Virus record (IMG/VR): IMGVR_UViG_3300046747_000361 | DNA length: 62,133 bases | Strand: one strand, 5' to 3' | Source of the DNA: a virus | Part shown: piece after piece, positions 30,399 to 40,884 of the stretch | How the letters are laid out: every line of letters starts with the position of its first letter | How positions within the stretch are numbered: position 1 is the stretch's first letter | Notes under the pieces: model-generated | Seen by the model: the letters and a program-made list of their open reading frames with translations, nothing else | The model's database searches: none | Told to the model about the DNA's origin: nothing | Program-made: the position numbers and the translations under genes

Positions 30399-32600
30399 AT
30401 GGAAGACGAGAAGCTTGTACAAGCGCCCGATAAGTCGGGCGAAAAGTACGCGACTATCCAAGAGGTCCAAGACTATCTAGCGAAGTTTTGGGCCAACGAG
30501 CGCGACCCACTGAAGTTCTGGGGCACGTGCCGCGACAAGGAAGAAGAGTATTTTGACGCATGCGCGCGTCGAGGCCTCTTCAACGTCGCGAGACTCAGCT
30601 TCTCGACCTACTACGGTACGACTAACACCCAAGGGACTTATGGACAGTGGCAAACGCAGTCGGTCTCTTACGGGGGTGACAATCAGGAATTGCTTGAAGT
30701 CACCATCAACGAGTACCGCAGCTTTGTCGACCAGATCACGAACATGGCCTGTAAGAACAGGCCGGCGTTTCAAGCTCAGGTCGTCAACACTGACTATAAG
30801 TCGCTAGCCCAGGTCAACGCGTCTGACAACCTCGTTGCGTACTTTTACGAGGACGCGTACGGCGAGCGCAAAGAGCGCGAAGTCGTCAAGATTGAGGAGC
30901 TCTACGGCAAGGCGTACACGCACGTCGGCTGGGACCCGGACGACGGCGAGGTCATTCAGTACGAAGAGGACGAGTTCGACCCTGCCACCGGCATGAGTCA
31001 CCCCGTCCAGAAGACGGGGCGCGCTGGCAAGCTGACGATCGATCGGATGTATTGGTGGGACGTCGCCTGCGAGCCCTACCGGTCCGAGTTCGACGATCAC
31101 CAATGGCGGCTGCTTATCCTACCCAAGCGGTCGAAGGTCGAGCTGCAAGCCCGCTACCCGCTTTACGCGAAGGAGATCGAGAGCTCGTCGCTCGTGCCGA
31201 ACTTGTACGAGTACTCAGTGCCTGGCTGTGATCCGCTCCAGCAAGAGCCGCTCGACCTCTGCGCCGTTCGTGTCTTCTACTACCGCCGTTCAATGGCGAT
31301 GCCCCTCGGACGCAAAGTCATCTTCGTCAATGACGTGATGGTTGATGACAACCTCGCGCGCAATGAGCCGGTACCCACCGATGAGATCCCACTTATCCCA
31401 TTCATGACGTGCGAACTGCACGGAACGAGCATGGGCATCAGTGAGCTGTGGAATCTTATACCGTTAGATCAGCTACAAAATCAGGTTATGTCAGATGTGG
31501 CCACTAACCTTGAATCTTTCGGGAGACCAAGTCTCGCGTTGGTGGAGGGTTCTGATGTCGACATCGATGCGCTCGCAAACGGCGCGAAGATTGTGTTTGT
31601 ACCCCCAGGGAAGGATGCCCAGCCGCAGCCCATCAAATTCCCTGAAATGCCGCAGCTCAGCCTCAAGGCCATCGAGCTGTTCCGCCAATTCAAGCAAAGC
31701 TTGTCCGGTCTCAACGCCATCGCGCGTGGTGACACAAGCACCAATATTACGTCAGGCGCGCATGCTGCACTTTATAGTCAGATCGCTATCGAAGCTCAGT
31801 CCGAGCGTTCTCTCGCACTTGATTTGCATCGAGAACGTGTTGGCAATCTTATCATTCAGCTTTTGAAGCGATACGCGAAGCATCCACAGCTCGTGGCCGT
31901 CGCTGGTATCGATGAGCGCCCATATATGCAGTACTTCGAACAGAAGGACTGGGAGGGCATTCGGAGAGTCAAGATCAAGACCGCCAACCCCATGATGAAA
32001 ACTCAGGCGGGGCGTATGCAGCTGATCGACATGCTAAAGGATTTTCCGGGACTGCCGTTCAAGGACCCGCAGCAAATCGTCGAGTTCATTACAAGCGGCC
32101 AGTTCAAGCCGATGATTACGACGACGCGCACGAGCGAGTTGCGTATTCGGTTCGAGAACGAGGCGCTTTTTAAAGGCCCACAGGTGCAACAGGGGCAAGA
32201 CCCCATGACGGGCCAACCGACCCAGTCTGTACCCGAAGTGCCGGTGCTCGCGACCGACAACGCAGCAAGTCACATCTTCGGGCACCTTGAAGTGCTCAAC
32301 TCGCCCGCCGCGATGAACGACCCGAAGATTTCGGGCGCAGTTCTCGCGCATATAATGCAACACGTGCAAATCGCGCGTGGGGGTGACCCGTTCCTCGCAC
32401 AGCTGCTCGGGAACCCACCCCCGCAAGGGATGATGCAGCCGCCCGACCAAGCACAGGCCGGCCCCGATAAACCTCAAAGTGACGCTGACCAAAAGCGTCT
32501 CGCACAGAACGCTACGTCGCCCCAGGCAGATACCGAGGACGACAGTACATCCAAATTGCCTAAACCCGCAGAACCACCCCAAGGCGCGGCAATCGCCTGA
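30399..32600 (+). CDS. portal protein
   Basis: 733 aa, positioned between terL and the scaffold gene, acidic/Pro-rich C-terminal tail. Confidence 0.75.
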   Translation: MEDEKLVQAPDKSGEKYATIQEVQDYLAKFWANERDPLKFWGTCRDKEEEYFDACARRGLFNVARLSFSTYYGTTNTQGTYGQWQTQSVSYGGDNQELLEVTINEYRSFVDQITNMACKNRPAFQAQVVNTDYKSLAQVNASDNLVAYFYEDAYGERKEREVVKIEELYGKAYTHVGWDPDDGEVIQYEEDEFDPATGMSHPVQKTGRAGKLTIDRMYWWDVACEPYRSEFDDHQWRLLILPKRSKVELQARYPLYAKEIESSSLVPNLYEYSVPGCDPLQQEPLDLCAVRVFYYRRSMAMPLGRKVIFVNDVMVDDNLARNEPVPTDEIPLIPFMTCELHGTSMGISELWNLIPLDQLQNQVMSDVATNLESFGRPSLALVEGSDVDIDALANGAKIVFVPPGKDAQPQPIKFPEMPQLSLKAIELFRQFKQSLSGLNAIARGDTSTNITSGAHAALYSQIAIEAQSERSLALDLHRERVGNLIIQLLKRYAKHPQLVAVAGIDERPYMQYFEQKDWEGIRRVKIKTANPMMKTQAGRMQLIDMLKDFPGLPFKDPQQIVEFITSGQFKPMITTTRTSELRIRFENEALFKGPQVQQGQDPMTGQPTQSVPEVPVLATDNAASHIFGHLEVLNSPAAMNDPKISGAVLAHIMQHVQIARGGDPFLAQLLGNPPPQGMMQPPDQAQAGPDKPQSDADQKRLAQNATSPQADTEDDSTSKLPKPAEPPQGAAIA

Positions 32601-32615
32601 ACTTAGTTAGTTACG

Positions 32616-33755
32616 ATGCCTGATATCGCCCCGGCGACAAGCGCACCAGCGCCCGCCTCTACTCCCTCTTCAACTCCTTCATCCAGTGCAGGCGCCCAGT
32701 CGTCTGTGCCCACGCCATCGCCGGCTCGCAGTACTACCGCCGAGCTCAGCGACAAGCTTTTTAATAGCGCGCCAAGCGAGTCGAGCAGCGACCCAAGCGC
32801 TACCTCACAGCATCAAGAGTCAGGCGATTATGGCTGGCTCGATAACTACAAGGAGGGCATCCACGGGGTACCCGTGCAAGACCTTCTGCAAGCTATCAGC
32901 GAGGGGAAGCTCCCCGACGCGCTTCACGACAAGCTCATGCTCAACCTGAAAGACGGTGATCATGAGTGGGAGGGCTCGGTCGCGTCCATGCGCAATGGAG
33001 CGATGATGCGTGAGAAGTTCTCACAGCAAATGAACGCGCTCAAGCAGGAGCGTGACGGCTTCTACGGCGAACGCAATCAGTTCGTTGAAGACCTTCGCGG
33101 TATGAAGGAAAGCCCCGAGCAGTTTTTGTACTCGATGCAATCGATGGGCATGCCGGTTTTGGAAGCCGCCAAGATGCTTGCGACGCAATACGCGACCCGC
33201 GACTTCTTGAACAAACAGGCGGGCGTTCAAGACGGCCAGCGTGGCCCTGGTGACGAGTGGCTCGAGGGCAAGCAGGCTCGGATGGAGCTCGACAACCATC
33301 GGCGCCAGCAAGAGCGCCAGAGCCAGCAACAGCGCCAGGTTCAAGAGCAGCGTCAGTTCGAGCAGCGCTCAACAGCTGTGCAGACCGTTGCAATGGAAGC
33401 CTTCAAGGCTGCGAACATCGACCCTGTCAAGCATCCGCAGTACTGGGATCGAGCAGCTCAACACTTGCAGCGCATCTACGACAGCAAGCCCGAGCCTCGC
33501 GATGGCAGTGAGAAGCCCCTGACTCGCCGCGATGTGAACGAAGCCGTTCGTATCGTGAAGGAAGAGATCGACACCTTCTTGCGCGCGCACGGCCAACAGC
33601 CAGCGGCACAACCGGCACGTCCAGGAGCCGCGCCTCTCGATACTCGAGCGGGCAAGCAGGTCTCCGACCGCGCGCCCAAGCAGGCCGGCCCGAAGAAGAC
33701 CACCGATGAGATCATGCGCGAGATGCGCGAGCGTCAGGGAGTGAGAATCAGGTAA
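32616..33755 (+). CDS. scaffolding protein candidate
   Basis: Low-complexity N-terminus, long charged helical Q/E/R-rich region. Positioned between portal and capsid genes. Confidence 0.55.
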   Translation: MPDIAPATSAPAPASTPSSTPSSSAGAQSSVPTPSPARSTTAELSDKLFNSAPSESSSDPSATSQHQESGDYGWLDNYKEGIHGVPVQDLLQAISEGKLPDALHDKLMLNLKDGDHEWEGSVASMRNGAMMREKFSQQMNALKQERDGFYGERNQFVEDLRGMKESPEQFLYSMQSMGMPVLEAAKMLATQYATRDFLNKQAGVQDGQRGPGDEWLEGKQARMELDNHRRQQERQSQQQRQVQEQRQFEQRSTAVQTVAMEAFKAANIDPVKHPQYWDRAAQHLQRIYDSKPEPRDGSEKPLTRRDVNEAVRIVKEEIDTFLRAHGQQPAAQPARPGAAPLDTRAGKQVSDRAPKQAGPKKTTDEIMREMRERQGVRIR

Positions 33756-33940
33756 TTTCCTGACCCTGCTATACTAGTTTTGTAATGGTTCTTCGCGAGT
33801 ACTCGCGAGGCCCTCGTTATGCTCAGTCAGTCTCGGCCCCGCAAGGACAAGCCGGCTAAAGGCGCCTCAGGATAACCTCGGCAGTCTCTAAGAAGACCTT
33901 AGTTTCGTTTCTTATAACACTAAAGGTTCTTAAATAATTT

Positions 33941-35254
33941 ATGGCTGCTGATTCCGCTAATACCGGGGCACTGCTGAAGCAGGTCTATGGCGACCTCGCT
34001 GATCCGCTTGCACCCGAAGACAGTTTTGCCCGCGACGTCAAGTTTATGACGGGCAAGAAAATCGGTCGAGAGTACTACTGGCCTGTGAGGCTTGGTCTCG
34101 AGCTCGGCGTGAGCTTCTCGCTCACCCACAATGCGTACGCCCTCGGCGAAGCCGTGGACGCAATCTACCAGGATGCGACCGTGTCCGGTGCAGAAATGAC
34201 TGTTCGCAGTCAGATTTCTTACGGTCAAATGTCGACCCTGTCCGAGTCCAAGGGTGACAGCGCGAAGGCCTACGACCAGGGCGTTGCGATCAAGATTCTC
34301 GGCATGACCCAGGGTCACGAGCTGTTTCGAGAGATGCAGCTGTGGTGGGGTCCTGGTAGCGCCTCCACACCGACTAGCAATATCGGTGTAGTCTCGATTA
34401 CTGGTGCGCTCAACACGCCCGCAGCTGGTCAGATCTATCTCACGATCACCCGCGCGAGCTTCGTCCCCGGTTTCTGGCAGAATTACCAGAACGGTCTCTT
34501 CGATCTCTACAACGGCGCGACTTTGCGCAACACGAACGCGGCCCTCCAGGTCGTGGGCGTGGACGTGCAGAAGTGCCGACTGACTGTTACGGGCAATCTC
34601 ACTGACGTCACCGCGATCGCATCTGGCGGTGCGGGAGCTGTCGGTAACTCGATTGAGTTCCACGGCGCAGTCGGAAACAGCATGCTCGGGGTCGAGTCGA
34701 TCGCCCTGACAAGCGGTTCGATCTTCGGCATCAGCAACGCGACCTACCCGCAGTGGAAGATGATCAACTTCGCCGTCAATGGCGTGTTGACCTTCGACAA
34801 CGTCACTGGCGCTCTGTCGATTGCGGCTGACAACGGCCTCAAGCGCGGCGGAAAGCTCTATCTCTGTAATCGTACTTGGACTGACCTGTTGAACGACGAG
34901 GTTGCGCTGCGGCGTTACTTCGGCGACGCGATGGGCGGGAAGGCCTCGCCTGGTTTCAAGGAGTTGGAGTTCATCACCGCAAGCGGTGTTGTGACTATCA
35001 AGCCGTACCAGTACATGAAACAGGGCAATGCCGCATTCATCCCGATGGATGTTTGGCATCGAGTTGGGTCGAGCGATATTACCGCGACCTTGCCCGGCAA
35101 CCCTGATGAGTTCTTCTTCTTGCAGCTGCCGTCTAACAACGGCGCGGAACTTCGTACTTACAGCGATCAGGCTCTGATTGCTGACTTCTTCTACACGTCG
35201 ATCTGGTTCACGGGCATCGAGAATACTTTCGATAGTCTGCCTTCGCTTACCTAA
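33941..35254 (+). CDS. major capsid protein
   Basis: 437 aa, 185-nt leader, strong terminator immediately downstream, position after the scaffold gene. Confidence 0.75.
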   Translation: MAADSANTGALLKQVYGDLADPLAPEDSFARDVKFMTGKKIGREYYWPVRLGLELGVSFSLTHNAYALGEAVDAIYQDATVSGAEMTVRSQISYGQMSTLSESKGDSAKAYDQGVAIKILGMTQGHELFREMQLWWGPGSASTPTSNIGVVSITGALNTPAAGQIYLTITRASFVPGFWQNYQNGLFDLYNGATLRNTNAALQVVGVDVQKCRLTVTGNLTDVTAIASGGAGAVGNSIEFHGAVGNSMLGVESIALTSGSIFGISNATYPQWKMINFAVNGVLTFDNVTGALSIAADNGLKRGGKLYLCNRTWTDLLNDEVALRRYFGDAMGGKASPGFKELEFITASGVVTIKPYQYMKQGNAAFIPMDVWHRVGSSDITATLPGNPDEFFFLQLPSNNGAELRTYSDQALIADFFYTSIWFTGIENTFDSLPSLT

Positions 35255-35276
35255 TCGCTAATTGTAGCTTTGCTTA

Positions 35277-35322
35277 CCCCGAGCGTGCGCGTCGATCGTG
35301 CGCGCTCGGGGTTTTGTTTTTT
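35277..35322 (+). terminator. intrinsic terminator after the capsid gene
   Basis: 16-bp GC-rich stem (CCCCGAGCGTGCGCG...CGTGCGCGCTCGGGG) followed by TTTTGTTTTTT. Confidence 0.85.
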
Positions 35323-35338
35323 AGACCGTTAATAGACT

Positions 35339-35677
35339 ATGTTGCAATTACTGCCAATGATCACAGGCCTTCTGCAGAACCAGCAGAAGCAGGCCGAACA
35401 GAAGAAGCAAGACGAGATGGCCGCGTACATGGGCCAAAGCCCGCAGCCACACGGGGAATCTGGAGGTGGGCTTTTGAGTGGACTGGGCGGGATGCTCCAA
35501 GGGCTCGGAGGCGCGCAGAAGCCCCACACGCCAGGTGACGGGGGGCCGAATGCGGACGGTATTGCCGGACCTAACGGCGGCAAGCTCATGAGTGAGAATG
35601 AGGTTTACGGGCCAACGGCCGGGACTGGCTCATACGGCGGGCCTAGCGACAACGACGAAGACGATATTCTCCGATAA
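35339..35677 (+). CDS. Gly-rich small virion protein candidate
   Basis: ORF track. Confidence 0.45.
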   Translation: MLQLLPMITGLLQNQQKQAEQKKQDEMAAYMGQSPQPHGESGGGLLSGLGGMLQGLGGAQKPHTPGDGGPNADGIAGPNGGKLMSENEVYGPTAGTGSYGGPSDNDEDDILR

Positions 35678-35688
35678 GGGGCCAAGCT

Positions 35689-36693
35689 GTGGACACATTC
35701 GATTTCGTAGAACAAGTACGGGACCTCAGTCAGGTTCCCGACAATGACGAGGATATTACTACGCAGTTCATTCTGACTCAGGGTCATCTGGGTTTGATGG
35801 AACGCTTCACTCAGCCCGTCGTTATGCTCCGAAACGGAACGTGGCTCCACAGCACAGACATCACGACGACAGCAGGTGTGAGCCGTTACCGATTGCCGGA
35901 ACGTTCGATCGTGCAAGGGCTCGAGAAGATCGAGTGCTTCGTGAGTAACTCTGGCACGGGCGGAGGCATGTATCTTCTGAACGTGCTCACGAGCATTCAG
36001 GCGACAGACTACGAGGGTCTCAATAACGCTGGTCGACCCGCAGCCTTCACATACCAGGCGGACAACGTTGTCATCTTCCCGACGCCGACTAGTAATTGGA
36101 CGTTGCGCATCTGGTACTATGTGCGCCCGAGCTTTCTTGCGGATTGGAATGATTGGGTCTCTGACATACAGAGTCGCATCATCTCGATCACCTCGCTTGG
36201 TGGCGACTCCTATGATCTCGAACTGGAGGGTGTCAATCAACAGAGCTACACAGACCCGACGCCCTTTGATTTGCAGTGGGGCTCGGGCAATCATGAGCTC
36301 GTAGCTGTTAGTGCCGTCGGAATGGCGACCGGACCAAGCAACCTTACGATTCAACTCACGCTCGACCAAGCGGCAATCATAGAAGCCGCGCCACTTGATG
36401 ACGGCGCCAAGGACATATACGTCACAGCTCCAGATGTGACGGGCTACATTCAGTTGCCCGAGGAGTTGTGTAACGCGCTCGTGTCTTACGTGGGCGCGGT
36501 CGTGCTCGCCGAGAAGGGCGACTCTGAAAAAGCTCAGGTGTTCTCGCAGAAGGCGGAGCTGGCGATCAAGAACATTGTGGACATCGCGATGCCTCGTTCA
36601 AAGGGCCAGCCTCCCGTGTTCAAGACACGGAATACGTACTTGCGCCGTCGCATTGGGCGCTGGGGCTGGGGTGGCGGCTGGGGCAACTTCTAA
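35689..36693 (+). CDS. head-tail adaptor / tail tubular protein A-like candidate
   Basis: Position only; C-terminal WGWGGGWGNF. Confidence 0.4.
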   Translation: MDTFDFVEQVRDLSQVPDNDEDITTQFILTQGHLGLMERFTQPVVMLRNGTWLHSTDITTTAGVSRYRLPERSIVQGLEKIECFVSNSGTGGGMYLLNVLTSIQATDYEGLNNAGRPAAFTYQADNVVIFPTPTSNWTLRIWYYVRPSFLADWNDWVSDIQSRIISITSLGGDSYDLELEGVNQQSYTDPTPFDLQWGSGNHELVAVSAVGMATGPSNLTIQLTLDQAAIIEAAPLDDGAKDIYVTAPDVTGYIQLPEELCNALVSYVGAVVLAEKGDSEKAQVFSQKAELAIKNIVDIAMPRSKGQPPVFKTRNTYLRRRIGRWGWGGGWGNF

Positions 36694-39395
36694 TGCCCAA
36701 GTCCAAGCTGACACAGATCCAGGTGACCGGCCTGGCCACGAACCCGAACCCGAACGGTCTCCCCGCTGGCTCGTGCGCAATCGCTACCAACGTTGTCTCG
36801 AGACGTCCAGGCGTGCTCACGCCCTGTCCGACCTCGACGGCGCTGGCGACTATCGATTCGATCAACTTCACGACAGGCAAGGGCCTCTGGAGCGACGCAG
36901 ACAATGCAGTCGTCGCCGTCCTTCCGCAGAACGTGGACGACAACGCGTGGGTGCCGGGTACTGACGAGACACAGATCGGCGAGCTGGTTTGCTACAGCGT
37001 CAATCAGAACGACGGCGCAACCGCGAAGTGGGAGCTGACGCAGATGCCTGTCGGCTTCAACAGCAGCACGGGCGTCGCGTCCTATCGCGCGACTGGATAC
37101 ATCCCTGGAATCACGCACTCTGCTTATAGCCATTTCCGCACACTCTTCAACGAGAAGTGGTCACAGGTGGTAAGCGATGGTACCGCGACGGGCATCGACC
37201 CGTCAGGATTTCGCTGGGCGGGTTTAATGCCGCCGCAGATGAGCGCGGCCGTCGTTTCGGATTCTGCGGGCTGGCTCATAGATGGTAACAGCGCCCAATA
37301 TCGGGCGCATTACTCGATCGAGTCCACGAACACTGACAAACCGTTCGAGGTGATTGGTCCTGTCAGCACCATTACTCCCGTATACGGGGTTGCGGCGTTA
37401 TCTGTTGTCAACATCGGAATCCTGATCTCAAATGGTGAGCCGCTCGTACTAAACGACGCCGCATATGATGTCTATGTTTCTGTCTATCGTTCGACGCAGG
37501 CTGAGGTGGAGACGCAGCAAGAGCTCCCCCAAGACTTTCGTCTCATCGCTAAGCGTCGTGTTACGATCGCCGAGATTACGTCTCAGACCCTGACACTACA
37601 GGATCGCGCAATCGATGCTGCTCGTGATGCTGGCATTCCGCTCTATACGAACGCGACTGAACAAGGTGAAAACGGTAACAGTTTCGCTCCGCCGACCGCT
37701 CGAGACATTGCTGTGTTTCGCGACACTATGTTCTACGCGAATCGAGCATCCTATCCCGCGCGCGCCATAACGATTCCAGGGGCCTATCTAAGCTACACCG
37801 CGTCCTCCCCGCTGTTCTCGGACGAAGATAAAACCCAGGGCATCGGTCGTCGCGTTGCGGGCACCAACAACACTGTTACTAACGGCTCCGCGGTCGTTGG
37901 AATCACAACGCCGAGTAACATGCTTGGTCTTGCTGTGGGCCAAACCGCGATCGTTACCGTGGGTGGTAACACTCTTACTTCCACGATTCTAACAGTGGGC
38001 GTTTCGTCCATTACGCTGGCCAACGTTTGGGCGTTCGCGAATAGTGCAGCTGCAACGGTTGTCACGCTCGATCAGTACAAAATGAAGATATATTTTGCTG
38101 ACGGGACGACGCAAACGGTCACGGGCGATATCGTTGACCACCCTAACAGTGTGTGGCGTGGATTCCGTATTTTTGGTGCGTGGAATAGCGCGTATCCACT
38201 GCCTGCCTACGGACATACGCTCATATTCGCAAACGTCTATGCAGCTCGGCAACGAGTGCTTTACTTCGAGCTCGCGCTGACGAACGGGCGGAACTACTCG
38301 CCCCAGTACACGGGCGATTACACGACCTTCACAGAGCCCCTTGTCTCGATAGTCGACACACGACCCAATCGTCTATTCTTCTCCAAGACAGGGCAACCCG
38401 AAGAAGTTCCGCTGCTAAACTACATTGACGTTGGTGCCGGTACACTTCTCAAGATGGCACCGACCCAATCCGCATTGTTGTGTTTGGCTACCGATGGACT
38501 CTGGCGCGTGACAGGCGAAGCCGCGCCTTGGCAAGTGAACCAAGTCGATCCCACGGTCACACTGCTTCACCCCGATTGCCTCAACACGCTCAACAATCAG
38601 ATCTATGGCTGGGTTGAGGACGGCTTGAGTCTGATCGGTGAGGACGGCGCGCAGACAATCAGCACTGATGCTGTCGGCCCCGATATTCGCGAGTGGGCAA
38701 CGACCATCAAGAACTGGGGCGCCCCGTATTTCTGGGGACCCAGCATCATGGGCGACCGGTTCTGGAACGAGATTTGGCTCAACATCTACCGTGCTCACTC
38801 GGCCGCTGCTGAATTCACGTCAGTGACGACGCTCGTGTACAACACCGACACGAAGAACTTCACGCGGCTACAGAGACCGTTCTTCTCGAGCCTTCAGTAC
38901 TCCCCTGATGCGAACCGGATGATCTCACAGGTCTTCATCCCCGGTGCGCCCGCGAACCACATTGCATTGACGGTGCAGTCGGACTTCTACGATCCCGCTG
39001 GCGACGGCTGGCTCCCCGTAACCGTCTGGTTCAACGCGCTTCAGACCGATGACAAGGGCAAGCTCAAGCAGTGGATGGACGTCAATTACTTCGTTGCGGA
39101 CGTCGAGACGACTGTCGGCAGCGACACAAGTTATCTGCAAGCACTGTTTGATGCGCGCAATACGTCTACGGACACGTTGCCTTATCCGAACAACACACAG
39201 AGCATGGTCGCGCTGAGTCGTGACGTGCATTTCTGGGTGCCCCGGCGCACAGCCCTGTCGGATCAACAGCAGCTCGGGCTCATGTCGTTCGTCGTGGACG
39301 AGGACAACGAGCCAGACACGACGATCGGCTTCAATTTTCAACTCCAAGGCTTCACGGTTCGTTATCGCGTAGCTAGCGACACACTCAAGCGCTAA
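36693..39395 (+). CDS. large tail (nozzle / tubular protein B-like) protein candidate
   Basis: 900 aa; position downstream of the capsid and adaptor genes. Confidence 0.45.
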   Translation: MPKSKLTQIQVTGLATNPNPNGLPAGSCAIATNVVSRRPGVLTPCPTSTALATIDSINFTTGKGLWSDADNAVVAVLPQNVDDNAWVPGTDETQIGELVCYSVNQNDGATAKWELTQMPVGFNSSTGVASYRATGYIPGITHSAYSHFRTLFNEKWSQVVSDGTATGIDPSGFRWAGLMPPQMSAAVVSDSAGWLIDGNSAQYRAHYSIESTNTDKPFEVIGPVSTITPVYGVAALSVVNIGILISNGEPLVLNDAAYDVYVSVYRSTQAEVETQQELPQDFRLIAKRRVTIAEITSQTLTLQDRAIDAARDAGIPLYTNATEQGENGNSFAPPTARDIAVFRDTMFYANRASYPARAITIPGAYLSYTASSPLFSDEDKTQGIGRRVAGTNNTVTNGSAVVGITTPSNMLGLAVGQTAIVTVGGNTLTSTILTVGVSSITLANVWAFANSAAATVVTLDQYKMKIYFADGTTQTVTGDIVDHPNSVWRGFRIFGAWNSAYPLPAYGHTLIFANVYAARQRVLYFELALTNGRNYSPQYTGDYTTFTEPLVSIVDTRPNRLFFSKTGQPEEVPLLNYIDVGAGTLLKMAPTQSALLCLATDGLWRVTGEAAPWQVNQVDPTVTLLHPDCLNTLNNQIYGWVEDGLSLIGEDGAQTISTDAVGPDIREWATTIKNWGAPYFWGPSIMGDRFWNEIWLNIYRAHSAAAEFTSVTTLVYNTDTKNFTRLQRPFFSSLQYSPDANRMISQVFIPGAPANHIALTVQSDFYDPAGDGWLPVTVWFNALQTDDKGKLKQWMDVNYFVADVETTVGSDTSYLQALFDARNTSTDTLPYPNNTQSMVALSRDVHFWVPRRTALSDQQQLGLMSFVVDEDNEPDTTIGFNFQLQGFTVRYRVASDTLKR

Positions 39396-39754
39396 TGCGG
39401 CTCGCTCCCACAGTTCCCGTGGGCTTGCAAGACAGCAAGCTCATCACCTTGCTCACAGCAATCGTGAAGTGTCTGAAAATCCAGCCAGATCATCAGTGCT
39501 ATACTGTGACTGTAGTCTGGAAGGTGCCATTCGTGTTGCAGATACCCGAGGCGGGCAACACTCAGCCCCGCAATGTGAAGCCCAACATCATCAGGCTCGG
39601 TAATGCAGTGCTCACGAGCGCGCCCGAGACGGTCGTTGAATGGGGCGCAGCCACAAACTGGGTCTGGCAAGGAAATAGCGTCGTGAAGATTCTCAATCAA
39701 GCAGGGCTAGTAGAGGGCGTTAGATATACGCTCACTTTCGAGGTGGTTAGCTAA
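39395..39754 (+). CDS. hypothetical structural protein
   Basis: ORF track; ATGA-type packing. Confidence 0.5.
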   Translation: MRLAPTVPVGLQDSKLITLLTAIVKCLKIQPDHQCYTVTVVWKVPFVLQIPEAGNTQPRNVKPNIIRLGNAVLTSAPETVVEWGAATNWVWQGNSVVKILNQAGLVEGVRYTLTFEVVS

Positions 39755-40884
39755 TGGGTGCTCAAGACGAGTATGCGGATCTGCTCGGGCAACCGCTCCC
39801 CAAGCAGAGTGATTCACTGGAGGGGTCGATCGGCAAGTACGACCTCGGTGGGAATCTGCTGTTTGACTACGGGGGCGGAGCCCTCAACAACGCCATTGAT
39901 CGACGCAACGCGAAGTTGCAGAAGATCAAGAGTCAGATTACTTCTGAGCAGTACAATCGGCTCAAGGCGGCGGTCTCGTCGAACAGTGCCGACTGGGATA
40001 AGCTCACCAAGAGCATTCTCGGCGCAGACGGCGAGAAGCTCAACGATTTCTACCAGGGCGTAGAAGCAAGCGACCAGTCGAACCTCGACGCGTACAAGGG
40101 CGCGATGGGGGACTACAGCAAGGTCGAGGACCTCTTCTCGAACCCGAACTTCTACGGCGATGTTGGCGACGTAAGTAACGCAGCGAAGCCAACAGACGCG
40201 ACTGTCCAAGAACAGCGCGGCATGCTCGCGAAAATGAAGTCGCTCAGTGATCCCACTGAGACGGCCGCCGAACGGTTCCAGCGCTTGATGGCGCAGAAGA
40301 CCGCGGACGCGAACATGAAGGGCGCGCGCGACTCGATCGCTGAGAACCTCAAGGCGCGCGGCGTATACGGCTCGGGCGCTGAGGTCGTGCAGAACATGAT
40401 GAGTCAGGCGGACGAAGCGAATCGTCGTTACATGGCGAACCTCGCAGCGGACGCACAGGCACAACAGCGCGCGACACAGATGCTGGGCATGGGCTCGGAC
40501 CTTGCGACCAAGATGCGTGGAGCTGAGACGCAGGAAGGTGCACTCGCGAACCAAGTCAACATGTTCAATAACCAGGTCAATCAGAACCTGATGAACACGA
40601 AATCTGGCGCTCAGGTAGCGGGGCGACAGTTTGACACAGGTGAACAAGGTCGACGCGCGACGAGCACGTTGCAAGCCGAGACCGGCTTGAACACGAACTT
40701 GCGCGGCGACTTGGGCGCCAAGAACAGCGCAACGATTGGACTGACTCAGGGCGGAATTGCAAATCGCAACGCTGGTACTGGCATGCTCAACGACGCGGAT
40801 AAGGTGTTTACGGATGACATTGACAAAGACATCGCAGGCAACATTGCTCGTAAGAGCACGGGTGGCCTCATTGCGAGCATGTAA
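39754..40884 (+). CDS. internal virion / ejection protein candidate
   Basis: Helical Q/N/A-rich 376 aa; position. Confidence 0.45.
   Translation: MGAQDEYADLLGQPLPKQSDSLEGSIGKYDLGGNLLFDYGGGALNNAIDRRNAKLQKIKSQITSEQYNRLKAAVSSNSADWDKLTKSILGADGEKLNDFYQGVEASDQSNLDAYKGAMGDYSKVEDLFSNPNFYGDVGDVSNAAKPTDATVQEQRGMLAKMKSLSDPTETAAERFQRLMAQKTADANMKGARDSIAENLKARGVYGSGAEVVQNMMSQADEANRRYMANLAADAQAQQRATQMLGMGSDLATKMRGAETQEGALANQVNMFNNQVNQNLMNTKSGAQVAGRQFDTGEQGRRATSTLQAETGLNTNLRGDLGAKNSATIGLTQGGIANRNAGTGMLNDADKVFTDDIDKDIAGNIARKSTGGLIASM

Noticed and set aside
33920-35059. 379-aa minus-strand ORF opposite the capsid gene. Similar long antisense ORFs occur at 39814..40902, 26396..27016, 29192..29893, 42540..43268, 44992..45588, 49985..50773 and 52747..53589.
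   Set aside because: GC-rich genomes give long open antisense frames. These have Arg/Leu/Val/His-biased composition and lie opposite ORFs with recognisable motifs or coherent operon packing.
35103-35110. CTGATGAG inside the capsid gene (plus strand) as a possible hammerhead core
   Set aside because: There is no GAA element with flanking complementary helices, and it lies in a well-supported coding frame.
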